Source: Prevotella sp.
GTDB taxonomy: Bacteria > Bacteroidota > Bacteroidia > Bacteroidales > Bacteroidaceae
Assembly (NCBI GenBank): GCA_017458195.1
Contig: JAFTGI010000102.1
Coordinates: 13,556 to 77,555, forward strand
DNA: 64,000 nt
Direction of reading: 5' to 3'
Within the stretch, counting starts at the first letter, position 1. Each line of letters begins with the position of its first letter. A program made the position numbers and the translations under genes. The notes below the pieces were generated by a model. That model saw only the letters and a list, made by a program, of their open reading frames with translations, was not told the origin of the DNA and made no database searches. Below are positions 49,001-57,411 of the stretch, one piece after another.

Positions 49001-49388
49001 CCTGTAGCTTGTCGACAGGAATCATTGTCGTGAAAAGTGTCCCATTCAGAAACTCGCACTGCACTTCCACACCGAGGGCCTCAAGCTCGCTCACCGCCGA
49101 GCGGTCGGTCACGCGAACAAATGCCGGGATAAACTTACGGCCGTCAATGTCAACGGGACGGGCGATGGGGCGGTCATACTTTGCCTGCCGTGAAGCCTCC
49201 TCAAAAGTCACTCCCTTGGCTTTGGCTCTTGCCTTGATTTGCTCCTCTGTCTGATCGAATGAGATGTTGCCAGCCTGTTCGTCAAGGAACATCTGCGTTG
49301 TCACCGAAAGCTTCGAGCCGTCGCCCTGAGCCCATGCCGTCGTGGCGGTTGCCACGAGGATCAGCATTTGTATCAGCCTTCTTCTCAT
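46098..49388 (-). CDS. Secreted subtilisin-like (S8) protease with C-terminal dockerin-like domain
   Basis: Signal peptide; catalytic GIIDTG, HGTHT and GTSMATP; GDVNHDGNVDIAD...ADVDGVGGISISD. Confidence 0.9.
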   Translation of the reverse strand: MRRRLIQMLILVATATTAWAQGDGSKLSVTTQMFLDEQAGNISFDQTEEQIKARAKAKGVTFEEASRQAKYDRPIARPVDIDGRKFIPAFVRVTDRSAVSELEALGVEVQCEFLNGTLFTTMIPVDKLQDVADIAKVSRISVSAKRRPLTDKARQATNVDDALTLSNDAFNAGLNQKYDGTGVLLGIIDTGIDFQHIAFKDKNGNSRIKRAYVVTATYNPRTYTTTYSEEEYGDGTSNAITSSAPTTDDSSEDHGTHTSSTAGGSSVIVSGSTVTVTDDHANATYGGMAPGADLFLAGCDLSDTYLANSFQKICNYADSKGMPVVVSNSWGSQVGPHDGTGEMADIVNQYFGDSHPNHVCLFAASNDAGSNGFHVVGTASKSNPLGTVVNWNTDYGLTYYDGMLANAWTRSTGKTLACKVIVISSSGTKKAEVPVSVSGSGESSETIVSGISNYVSSGALYAYRDYVDGNGKSQIILYASELKMSSGNKLAVQFYPESGSDIVDIWSGSAYNYYTNTPSTSGYTWTDGSDDMCVSDEAMYENAISVGAYVTKNSVTDYNGTTHSLASSYPNVGDIAYFSSYATADQSPTGLAYPWICAPGATIVAGVNHYNTSGSLSYINGNSTYYDMYRVNKNTTNPYGSMEGTSMATPTAAGIVALWLQASMDENALHKNLTVNDVKQIMKETAINDAYTTTGANASHFGNGKIDALAGIKYILGTTDDPTIVPGQKTMTFSARLDDEATQTLHVSGRFLTQNVTATLTDDNGVFSVDKTSFEVTDEGADIAVSFRSAAEGTFEGTLVLASAGAASVTITLTATALDVGTASDPYLNIAKYQTIDEAGWSTTYVNTLYKYTEYEEDEVAWLTMPVYGAWVGTYYNSHPQKWIESNITSTNNTYAGVTWNANDVLQGSSSYFTASTGNGRARAMGNDSRTSTTQRTVSFYVTNVTEAKLLGMGRTGVTSDYPAALKVYECTSNSDGSITASSTATKSATSTSTSTTAAYTLTVSNLDAAKVYKVEASTYRGFMYEIGFQTPLPKKYQLGDVNHDGNVDIADAIAIINHILGLAQTGIFDEELADVDGVGGISISDVTNIINIVLK

Positions 49389-49424
49389 AATCCTTTCCTG
49401 TCTTTAATTCTCTGTTGTCAATGC

Positions 49425-50765
49425 TTATTTCTTCATCCGCTTCATCTGGGCGGCCATCTGGGCCATGCGGGTGCGGTCCATGCCGGTGACCATCTTCATC
49501 ATCTTGCGCGTCTGGTCGAACTGCTTCATCAGGCGGTTGACGTCTTCCATCTTCGTGCCCGATCCGCGGGCGATGCGCAGGCGGCGGCTCTGGTTGATGA
49601 TGTCGGGGTTGGCCCGCTCCTTCGGGGTCATCGACTGGATGATAGCCTCAATCTGCTTGAAGGCGTTGTCGTCGATGTCGACGTCCTTCAGGGCCTTGCC
49701 CACACCGGGAATCATCGACGCCAGCTCCTTGATGTTGCCCATCTTCTTGATCTGCTGGATCTGCGACATGAAGTCGTCGAAGTCGAACTTGTTCTTGCGG
49801 ATCTTCTTCTCGAGCTTCTTTGCCTCCTCCTCGTCGAACTGCATCTGCGCGCGCTCCACGAGCGAGACGACGTCGCCCATGCCGAGGATGCGGTCGGCCA
49901 TGCGCTCGGGGTGGAACACGTCGATGGCCTCCATCTTCTCGCCCGTTCCGACGAACTTGATGGGCTTGGTCACCACCGTGCGAATCGACAGGGCTGCACC
50001 GCCGCGGGTGTCGCCGTCGAGCTTGGTCAGCACCACGCCGTCGAAGTCGAGGCGGTCGTTGAACTCCTTGGCCGTATTGACGGCGTCCTGACCGGTCATC
50101 GAGTCGACCACGAACAGGGTCTCGTCGGGCTGGATAGCCTCCTTCAGGCGGCTGATTTCGTCCATCATCTCCTCGTCGATGGCCAGTCGGCCGGCGGTGT
50201 CGACGATGACGACGTTGTAGCTTTCCTGCTTGGCCTTGCGGATGGCGTTCTGGGCTATCTCGACCACGTTCTTGTTGCCCTCCTCGGTGTAGACGTCGAC
50301 GCCGACGGTCTCTCCGACCACCTTCAGCTGCTCGATGGCAGCGGGGCGATAGACGTCGCAGGCCACGAGCAGGGGCTGCTTGTGCTGGCGCGTCTTCAGC
50401 AGATTGGCCAGCTTGCCCGAAAATGTGGTCTTACCAGAGCCCTGCAGGCCCGACATGAGGATGATGGCGGGGCGCGACTCCAGCTTCAGCTCGACGGCCT
50501 TGCCGCCCATGAGCTCGGTCAGCTCGTCGTGCACGATCTTCACCATCAGCTGGCTGGGCTTGATGGCCGTCAGCACGTTCATGCCCATGGCCTTCTGCTT
50601 CACCGTGTCGGTGAACTGCTTGGCCACCTTATAGTTAACGTCGGCGTCGAGCAGTGCGCGGCGCACGTCCTTCAGGGTCTCTGCTACGTTGATTTCGGTG
50701 ATCTTTCCCTCACCCTTCAAAATTTTGAACGACCTTTCCAGCCGTTCGCTCAGGTTCTCAAACAT
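49425..50765 (-). CDS. ffh: Signal recognition particle protein
   Basis: MFENL, GLQGSGKTT, DTAGR, TKLDGD, RILGMGD, Met-rich tail. Confidence 0.97.
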   Translation of the reverse strand: MFENLSERLERSFKILKGEGKITEINVAETLKDVRRALLDADVNYKVAKQFTDTVKQKAMGMNVLTAIKPSQLMVKIVHDELTELMGGKAVELKLESRPAIILMSGLQGSGKTTFSGKLANLLKTRQHKQPLLVACDVYRPAAIEQLKVVGETVGVDVYTEEGNKNVVEIAQNAIRKAKQESYNVVIVDTAGRLAIDEEMMDEISRLKEAIQPDETLFVVDSMTGQDAVNTAKEFNDRLDFDGVVLTKLDGDTRGGAALSIRTVVTKPIKFVGTGEKMEAIDVFHPERMADRILGMGDVVSLVERAQMQFDEEEAKKLEKKIRKNKFDFDDFMSQIQQIKKMGNIKELASMIPGVGKALKDVDIDDNAFKQIEAIIQSMTPKERANPDIINQSRRLRIARGSGTKMEDVNRLMKQFDQTRKMMKMVTGMDRTRMAQMAAQMKRMKK

Positions 50766-50878
50766 CTTTTTAAATATTATTTTTGGCCGCAAAGGTACAA
50801 CAAAAAAGCGAGAACAACAAACATTGTGCCCGCTTTTTACTTTTTTTCTTGAAAAGAGAAGTCACGCAAAACTTTTTT

Positions 50879-51075
50879 GGATCAGTCTGAATAACCGGTT
50901 GAAAATATCGGTCCTTCCCTATCGGTGAGATGGTTCTTCGCAAGTCAAGAAGCGGTGCTTCTCGAAAGTAATATAGGGGTATATTACCTTCAAAAAGCAC
51001 CGCTTTGTAATCAAAGTGACGTTTATTTGCCTGTAAAGAACAACCGTTTCTGCAACCGGTTTTTCGGACTGAGCC
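50879..51075 (-). mobile_element. ~197-bp MITE, copy 2 (inverted)
   Basis: GGATCAGTCTGAATAACCGGTTG...CAACCGGTTTTTCGGACTGAGCC; no clear target duplication. Confidence 0.88.
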
Positions 51076-51076
51076 A

Positions 51077-54000
51077 CTAAAGCTTCGAGTCGATGAACGT
51101 ACGGAACTGCTGTATGCCCTGATGGTTGTTGTCGAGGGCTTCCACCTCGGCGAGATACTTCATGGCGTGCTCCCGGTCGCCCAGGCCGTAGTAGCCGAGG
51201 GCGAGCATGTACTTGCAGTGGATGACGTTCTTCGTGTCGAGCGAGTCCTCCCAGATGAGCAGGTCGGGCAGCGACACGGCGAAGTAGTCCATCACCTGCT
51301 GCTCGAAGATGTGCTGCTTGCCGTAGTTGATCAGCCGGTAGAAGCGGCCGTTGGCCTCACCCTGACGCCCCAGCCGGAGCAGGGCCATGCCCTGATAGAA
51401 GATTTTGTCGGGCTTGGCGTCGTTGTAGTACATGGCGGCGGCGGGCTCCTGCGGGCCCTTCGTGGCCTCCTCCCAGCAGCCGACGGCCTTCTCGTGCTGT
51501 CCGAGGGCGTCGTAGGCCAGTCCGAGCAGATAGTAGAAGTCGTTCTCCTGGGCGCCGTAGAGCTTGCCCTCGCCGAGGTGGTGGGGATAGTTGAGGCACT
51601 CGCTGAGCAGTCGGATGGCTTCGTCGTACCTCTTGTCGGCTATGGCCTGCTTTGCCAGTTCGACGCGGCAGATCTGATACTGCGTGGGCACCTTGCCTTC
51701 GCCGCCCTCCCAGGGGTGGAAGATGTGGGCGTCGAGCTTCTGCATCGCCTCAGCGTAGCGGCCGGTCTCGTTGAGCAGCGTGATTTCCTCGAGCACGAGG
51801 TCGTCGCGCCGGCCGATGAGGTCGGGATGCCTCTGCAGACGGTCGAGCCGCTCCTGGTGCGGACGGTGCAGGCGCTTGTAGAGCTGGTCGAGCTCCATGA
51901 GCACGCGCTCGTCGTTCTCGTCGAGGGCGAAGGCCTTTTCCATCATTTCGAGCGCCTCCTGCTCGCGGCCGAGCTTGTTGAACATGCCCAGTGCGAGGTT
52001 GCGCCAGACGGTGGGGTAGGTGGGGTCTGCGGCGGCCGATTGCTGCCAGTTGTCCATGGCCAGGTCATACTGGCGGGCGGCGTAGTAGAGGCAGCCTAAG
52101 TAGTAGGGCGCCTTGGGGCCGTCGGGGTTCTCGCGCTTGGCCTGCTCCAGGACGATGACGTCCTCGGGGCGGTTGGGGAAGCAATAGTCGGGACAGGCCT
52201 GCTCGGCCTCCTGATAGCGGCCCAGGTAGTAGTAGGTCATTGGCGTGGCGGCGCCTTCGCTGATGGCGATGTCCCAGATGGCCCGTGCCTCGTCGTCGAG
52301 TCCGGCTGCGCGGTAGTCGAGGGCCAGCTCGTCGTAATTTTTGGCGAGTCGCTGCATCAGCTGCTTCAGCTCGTCGAGGACGGCCTTGTCGCCGGTGAGC
52401 AGATAGAGCTCATAGCGGCAGCCATAGTTGAACAGATCGGTCCTTAGGGCCGTCGAACATAATTCGACGGCACACGCCTGGCGGCCCATCTTGCGGAGCA
52501 CGGCGGCCTTCAGGGCGAGGGCCTTCTGGTTGTGGGCACCGTAGATGAGCCCGCGGTCCAGCTCGTCAAGAGCATCGTCCAGTCGGCCCTGGGCCACGGA
52601 GATCTTGGCAGCCTCGAAGTAGCCGGCGTCGGCCCAGGCCTTGCTCCACGTGGCTTTCCAGAACAGCTCGTAGGCCTCGTCCAGCTTCTCTTGGTATTTC
52701 AGTGCGAGGGCGAGGTTGTAGATAGGCTCGCTGTCGGAGGGGTTGGGATTGCGCTTGGTAATCAGCTTCACGGCCTTGCGCAGATACTGCTCGGCCAGGG
52801 CGAAGCGGCCCTTGCGGATGTACCATAGTCCGAGGGCATTCAGGCAGCGCACGTCGCAGGGGTCGCGGCGCAGCGCCTCCTCATAGTAGTCGACGGGGCT
52901 CCACGTGGCGTGACGATACTGCTCCAGATGCTGTCCCGTGAGGAACAGTTGCTCGTTGGTCTTCACCTGTTCGGGCAGCAGGGCGGCCTCGGCGCTGTCG
53001 GGGATGGGGCGGATTTCGTCGCTCTCGGCGTGCCAGCGGAGCACGACGCGCTCCTGTCCGTAGACCATCTTGAGAACCTGGAGGTTAAGCTCGTTGAAAC
53101 GGGCGCCACCGGTAGCGGCGGTCTCCGTCAGGACGGCCTCGGGCGTCAGCGTGTGCTCACGGTCGTAGAGCACCCGGCCGTCGTCGGTCCTGAGGACGAT
53201 GTGCACCTGCTGGCGGGATGTGGCCATCACCTTGAACACTACCTTTCCGTCGCCCTCCTCATTGATGTTCATGATGAAATCCTTCGAGGCCTCCTTCACC
53301 ACGCCCAGCTCGCGGTAGGGCATGAAATACTGCGTGAACTGCTTCTCCTCGTAGGGCATCAGCCACGAGAAGTCGGGCTGGTTCTCGGTGTAGACGCCCG
53401 CCATCAGCTCAATGTAGGGGCGGAAAACGCCATTCATCTCGTCCGTCAGATTCCTGTCCCATGCGCGGCCGAAGTCGCCGTTGCCCCAGGTCCACTGCTT
53501 CTTGCCGGGCGAGTAGTGGTGGCTGGCCACGTGGAGCATGCCGGCCTGGGTGTCGTTCTCGTAGCCGCCCTCGAAGTTGAAGCGCGAGTTGACGCCCATG
53601 TAGGATGTCGGCACGTAGATGTTCTTGTAGTTAGAAATGTCGACGCCGGCCGAATAGTCCATCTTGTAGTAGGTGCCCGTGGCGATGGGGAAACTGCTGA
53701 CGGCGCGCTTGCCGTGGTCGAAGACGGCATTGATGTCGGGCGGGAACACGCTCTGGTAGGCATCGTTGACCTCCACGGCGGGGTTGGCCCACCAGAGGAA
53801 CGTCTGCGGCACGTCGGTGCGGTTGTAGAGCACGCCCTTGATCTCAAGATAGGCACAGCCAGGGCGCAGCGTAAAGCCGGCCATGCCCTTCTGATGGAAC
53901 ATCTTCTCCATCTCGCTGACCCAGACGGTGATGCTCCCGTCCTCGTTCTCCTCGATGGCCGAATCGGCCGGCATGTACGTCGTCGGACGGTGGTGCTGGG

Positions 54001-54352
54001 GCCAGTTGAACTCGATGCCGCCGCTGATCCACGGGCCCACGAGGCCCACCAGGGCGGGCTTGATGACGTGGTTGTAATAGACGAAGTGGCGCTGACGGAT
54101 CTTGTCGTAGGCCATCTGGATGCGGCCGCCCAGCTCGGGCATCACCATCACCAGGATGTACTCGTTCTCCAAGTACACCACGTTCCAGTCGTGGGGCGTG
54201 GGCTCGTTGGCGATCGACTCGATGACGGGGTAGGGGTAAACCACGCCCGACGAGCCCTGATAGACGCGCTTCTCCAGGAACATCGGGTTCTTCTCCGGCT
54301 TTCCGACCTCATAGGTCGGGATAGTCACAATTTCTCTCCAAGCTTTTACCAT
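51077..54352 (-). CDS. DUF5107/TPR protein (YphG-like)
   Basis: PMFLEKRVYQGSSG.VYPYP, GGIEFNWPQHHRP, PGKKQWTWG, FHPWEGGEG; TPR repeats. Confidence 0.85.
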   Translation of the reverse strand: MVKAWREIVTIPTYEVGKPEKNPMFLEKRVYQGSSGVVYPYPVIESIANEPTPHDWNVVYLENEYILVMVMPELGGRIQMAYDKIRQRHFVYYNHVIKPALVGLVGPWISGGIEFNWPQHHRPTTYMPADSAIEENEDGSITVWVSEMEKMFHQKGMAGFTLRPGCAYLEIKGVLYNRTDVPQTFLWWANPAVEVNDAYQSVFPPDINAVFDHGKRAVSSFPIATGTYYKMDYSAGVDISNYKNIYVPTSYMGVNSRFNFEGGYENDTQAGMLHVASHHYSPGKKQWTWGNGDFGRAWDRNLTDEMNGVFRPYIELMAGVYTENQPDFSWLMPYEEKQFTQYFMPYRELGVVKEASKDFIMNINEEGDGKVVFKVMATSRQQVHIVLRTDDGRVLYDREHTLTPEAVLTETAATGGARFNELNLQVLKMVYGQERVVLRWHAESDEIRPIPDSAEAALLPEQVKTNEQLFLTGQHLEQYRHATWSPVDYYEEALRRDPCDVRCLNALGLWYIRKGRFALAEQYLRKAVKLITKRNPNPSDSEPIYNLALALKYQEKLDEAYELFWKATWSKAWADAGYFEAAKISVAQGRLDDALDELDRGLIYGAHNQKALALKAAVLRKMGRQACAVELCSTALRTDLFNYGCRYELYLLTGDKAVLDELKQLMQRLAKNYDELALDYRAAGLDDEARAIWDIAISEGAATPMTYYYLGRYQEAEQACPDYCFPNRPEDVIVLEQAKRENPDGPKAPYYLGCLYYAARQYDLAMDNWQQSAAADPTYPTVWRNLALGMFNKLGREQEALEMMEKAFALDENDERVLMELDQLYKRLHRPHQERLDRLQRHPDLIGRRDDLVLEEITLLNETGRYAEAMQKLDAHIFHPWEGGEGKVPTQYQICRVELAKQAIADKRYDEAIRLLSECLNYPHHLGEGKLYGAQENDFYYLLGLAYDALGQHEKAVGCWEEATKGPQEPAAAMYYNDAKPDKIFYQGMALLRLGRQGEANGRFYRLINYGKQHIFEQQVMDYFAVSLPDLLIWEDSLDTKNVIHCKYMLALGYYGLGDREHAMKYLAEVEALDNNHQGIQQFRTFIDSKL

Positions 54353-54357
54353 TGTTG

Positions 54358-57231
54358 TTATCGTTTTTTGATGATTTGATATTCAAAGAAATAGAATCCG
54401 TCGGGCAGGCCGGGCAGCGCGAGACTGCCGAGATCGGTGGCCGTGCGGCCTGAGGGCAGGGTGACGCCAGCAAACTTCTGCCGATGGACCTGTCGGCCCT
54501 TCAGGTCTTTCACGCTCACCACGATGTCTGCCGTCTGCTCGTCGCCAAGGTTCATGGCCACGACGACAGGCTTGTCGTCAGGGCCGTAGACCATGTCGAC
54601 ATCCTTAGAGCCGGCCAACTGCTGCTGGAATCCCATCCGGTGGGCATAGAAGGCCAGCTTCTTGTGGCCCAGGGCATCAATGAGGGGCTTCTGGTAGGTG
54701 CCCATGTTGCCGCCGCCCCACATGCAGCACCATGAGAGCCCGTCGTAGTCGAGCCAGCGCATCTTGCGGATGCACTCGTAGGCGGAGAAGGCCTGCCAGG
54801 CCTGGCTCTCGCGCCACTCGTCGCTGCTCAGGCGGCGGCCGATGGAGCCTTCGTCGTAGTCCCACTCGTAAGAGTGATACTTATAGACGGGCGAGCCCCG
54901 GAAGAGGCTCCAGTTCATCTGGCCGATGGTCTCCTCCTGCTCGAAGTTGAAGTAGGCGCGGTCGGGCGAGGTGAGGAAGCTGTTGATGTCGGCATTGCCG
55001 GGCCACTTGTGGGGGAAGGGCCAGCGGCGCAGGTACTCCCAGTCCTGACCGAAGCCAGTGGGATAGTCCATGGAGCCGCGGCTGATGCGGTTGGCCGTCC
55101 AGACGGGGTCACAGTCGTCGACGGGGCGGCGCTTGTTGTCGCGCGTACCATCATCATTATATACACGCGTATGACGGAAGTCGGCCGTCGGCGTGATGAG
55201 GCGCGTCGTGTCGTTCGGATAGATGGCATCGTAGACCTTGTGCCAATAGGTCATGGCCGACTGCCAGTCAGTCAGTGAGGGATGGTTGGAGGGCTGCCAG
55301 ATGACGATGCTGGGCGCATTGCGCAGCTGGCGCACGTCCTCGGCCATGCCCTCGAAGTCGGCCACGAGCGGTGAGCGCAGGCGGATCCACGAGGCCGTCT
55401 GCCAGATGAACATCAGGCCCAGCTGGTCGGCCATCTCGGTGAAGCGCGGGTCGTTGGTGCCGTCCTGCGGGTTGTCGTCGCTCCAGTGTGCCGACATGCG
55501 CATGCCGTTGCCGTTCATCTTCTTCACGGCCATAAGCTCTCTCATGATGTCCTCCGAGCGGGGGCAGAGCAGGTCGAGGGCGTCGCGCTCCAAAGGGAAA
55601 CGCTGTCCGAAGTAGAGCGGGGCGCGCAGCAGCTCGGGCCGCCCGTTGATGCGGAACGTGCCGCCGTCCTGCTCGATGGTGCGGAAGCCGGTCGTGATAA
55701 CGTAGTCGTCGGTCAGCCTGTCGATAAAGAGCTCGCGGGAGCGGGCCAGGTCGCCGTCGACGGCCGAGAACGTCTCGGTCTTTCGTCCACTCTCGCTGTT
55801 GACGAGCAGGGCGCGCACCTGGTAGAGCTGGGGCTTGGCGACCGACCATAGCTTGATATGGTTAATCCTGAACCGCATCTTGAAGGTCTTCGTCTGCTGC
55901 GGCTGCATCTCTATCTGCATGCTGTCGGCCACGAACTCCTCTCCCTCAGTGGGGAACCAGTCCTTCAGGAGCACCTGCAGTTGGCCCTTGTAGAATGTAT
56001 AGCTGGTGTTCTTGACGGTCACCTCAGCCGTCACGTTGCCATCGACGTCGTTGGCGTAGGCATAGAGGTCGCTGACGTGCGTGGCTTTTGTCAGATACAG
56101 GAATGAACGCCCGGCAAACCATCCGATGTTGGGGTCGGTGGGGCAGTGGTGCATCATCTGCTTGAAGTTGGCGTGGAAGGGGTCGATTCTCAGGGCCAGG
56201 AGGTTCTTCGCGTTGGGCTTCAGGTATTTGGTCACGTCCACCAGCTTGCGGTGAGCGTCGTGCAGCACCTCGACCACCTTGCCGTTGATCCAGAGCTCGC
56301 CGGAGGGAAAGAGCGACTCCAGTTCGAAGTAGGCTTTCTCAAAGTCACCGGCCGTCACCCATCGGCGCAGCAAAAGGGCCTCGCCTTCGTGGCGCTCCGT
56401 GCCGTGGTTCTTGGGCATGGTGCAGGTCTCCCAGCGGGAATCGTCGTAGTCGGGCCGCTGCCAGCCGTCGGTGTCGACGGGCTTCCTCGAACTGGCGTCG
56501 ACCACGGTCTTGGCAAAGAGCGGCTGGTTGAGGCGCTTCGTGTCGGTGGTCTTGGTGTAGCCGAGGCCCCAGATGTTGTCGACGGCTAAACCGTCGACCA
56601 CAGTGAGGGCATCAATGCCGCCCTCGCTGGTCATCAGGGGCTCGAAGTCAACAGCCAGCCGGCCGTCGAGCCGCAGATTGTAGCGGTGCTCAGAAAGGTC
56701 GATTTCGAAGATAGCGTGGTGGCGGTTGCCATTATTTCTGTATTCGCAGACGACGGTCTGCCCGTCGGTCAGCCTCAGGGTGCCTGTGCCGTCAATGTCG
56801 CACTCCAGCCGCAGGTTGTAGGTCTGCTTCTCGAAATGATATTCTGAGGCAAGGGGCGTGTGATGAGTGGTCGATGGAGCCCATCGCCATTCGTCCAGCA
56901 CGATCTTCTGCCTCACGCTGGGCAGTGGCTGGGGCTTCAACTGCTTCATGGCGTCGGCCACCTCGTCGGCGCTCACCACTTGCTCGGCCAGGGTCTGGTC
57001 GGCAAAGAACTGCGAGGCATACTGTTGCCAGTGGGAGAGATACTCGACGCGCCGGTCGGTGGTCATCCACTCCGTGGCGCCCTTGAAGTCAGTCTCGCCG
57101 TTGGCCCGTGCGTCGCTGGTCACGTAGCGCAGTTCGAACGACTGCGACAGCACATTGCTCCTTTTCTTCTCCGCCACAGCGCTCATGGCCAGCAGGGCCA
57201 GCGCGGCAGTGAGTATGACTTGTTTGTTCAT
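54358..57231 (-). CDS. Secreted GH2-like glycoside hydrolase
   Basis: Signal peptide; LWINGK, LWS..KPQLY, GFRTIE, RNAPSIVIW.PSN. Confidence 0.7.
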   Translation of the reverse strand: MNKQVILTAALALLAMSAVAEKKRSNVLSQSFELRYVTSDARANGETDFKGATEWMTTDRRVEYLSHWQQYASQFFADQTLAEQVVSADEVADAMKQLKPQPLPSVRQKIVLDEWRWAPSTTHHTPLASEYHFEKQTYNLRLECDIDGTGTLRLTDGQTVVCEYRNNGNRHHAIFEIDLSEHRYNLRLDGRLAVDFEPLMTSEGGIDALTVVDGLAVDNIWGLGYTKTTDTKRLNQPLFAKTVVDASSRKPVDTDGWQRPDYDDSRWETCTMPKNHGTERHEGEALLLRRWVTAGDFEKAYFELESLFPSGELWINGKVVEVLHDAHRKLVDVTKYLKPNAKNLLALRIDPFHANFKQMMHHCPTDPNIGWFAGRSFLYLTKATHVSDLYAYANDVDGNVTAEVTVKNTSYTFYKGQLQVLLKDWFPTEGEEFVADSMQIEMQPQQTKTFKMRFRINHIKLWSVAKPQLYQVRALLVNSESGRKTETFSAVDGDLARSRELFIDRLTDDYVITTGFRTIEQDGGTFRINGRPELLRAPLYFGQRFPLERDALDLLCPRSEDIMRELMAVKKMNGNGMRMSAHWSDDNPQDGTNDPRFTEMADQLGLMFIWQTASWIRLRSPLVADFEGMAEDVRQLRNAPSIVIWQPSNHPSLTDWQSAMTYWHKVYDAIYPNDTTRLITPTADFRHTRVYNDDGTRDNKRRPVDDCDPVWTANRISRGSMDYPTGFGQDWEYLRRWPFPHKWPGNADINSFLTSPDRAYFNFEQEETIGQMNWSLFRGSPVYKYHSYEWDYDEGSIGRRLSSDEWRESQAWQAFSAYECIRKMRWLDYDGLSWCCMWGGGNMGTYQKPLIDALGHKKLAFYAHRMGFQQQLAGSKDVDMVYGPDDKPVVVAMNLGDEQTADIVVSVKDLKGRQVHRQKFAGVTLPSGRTATDLGSLALPGLPDGFYFFEYQIIKKR

Positions 57232-57356
57232 CGTTGATGATTGATTGTTTCAGGCCACAAAAGTACACATTTTTCTCCACAACCATTATGGACTTTTTGA
57301 CAATTTTCAATGGATAATCTTGTGACGATCTGCCCTGTTGTAATAAATAAAAAAAG

Positions 57357-57393
57357 TGCGTCGGGATGAACTGTATTACTCATCCCGACGCAC
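57357..57393 (-). terminator. Intrinsic terminator after the PL11 gene
   Basis: GTGCGTCGGGATGA-loop-TCATCCCGACGCAC preceded by an A run. Confidence 0.75.
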
Positions 57394-57411
57394 CTCTGTA
57401 CCTCCGAAAGT

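Noticed and set aside
56845-56882. Possible decayed heptamer insertion (STTHHTPLAS) in the GH2-like gene
   Set aside because: The periodicity is too degenerate to support from the sequence alone
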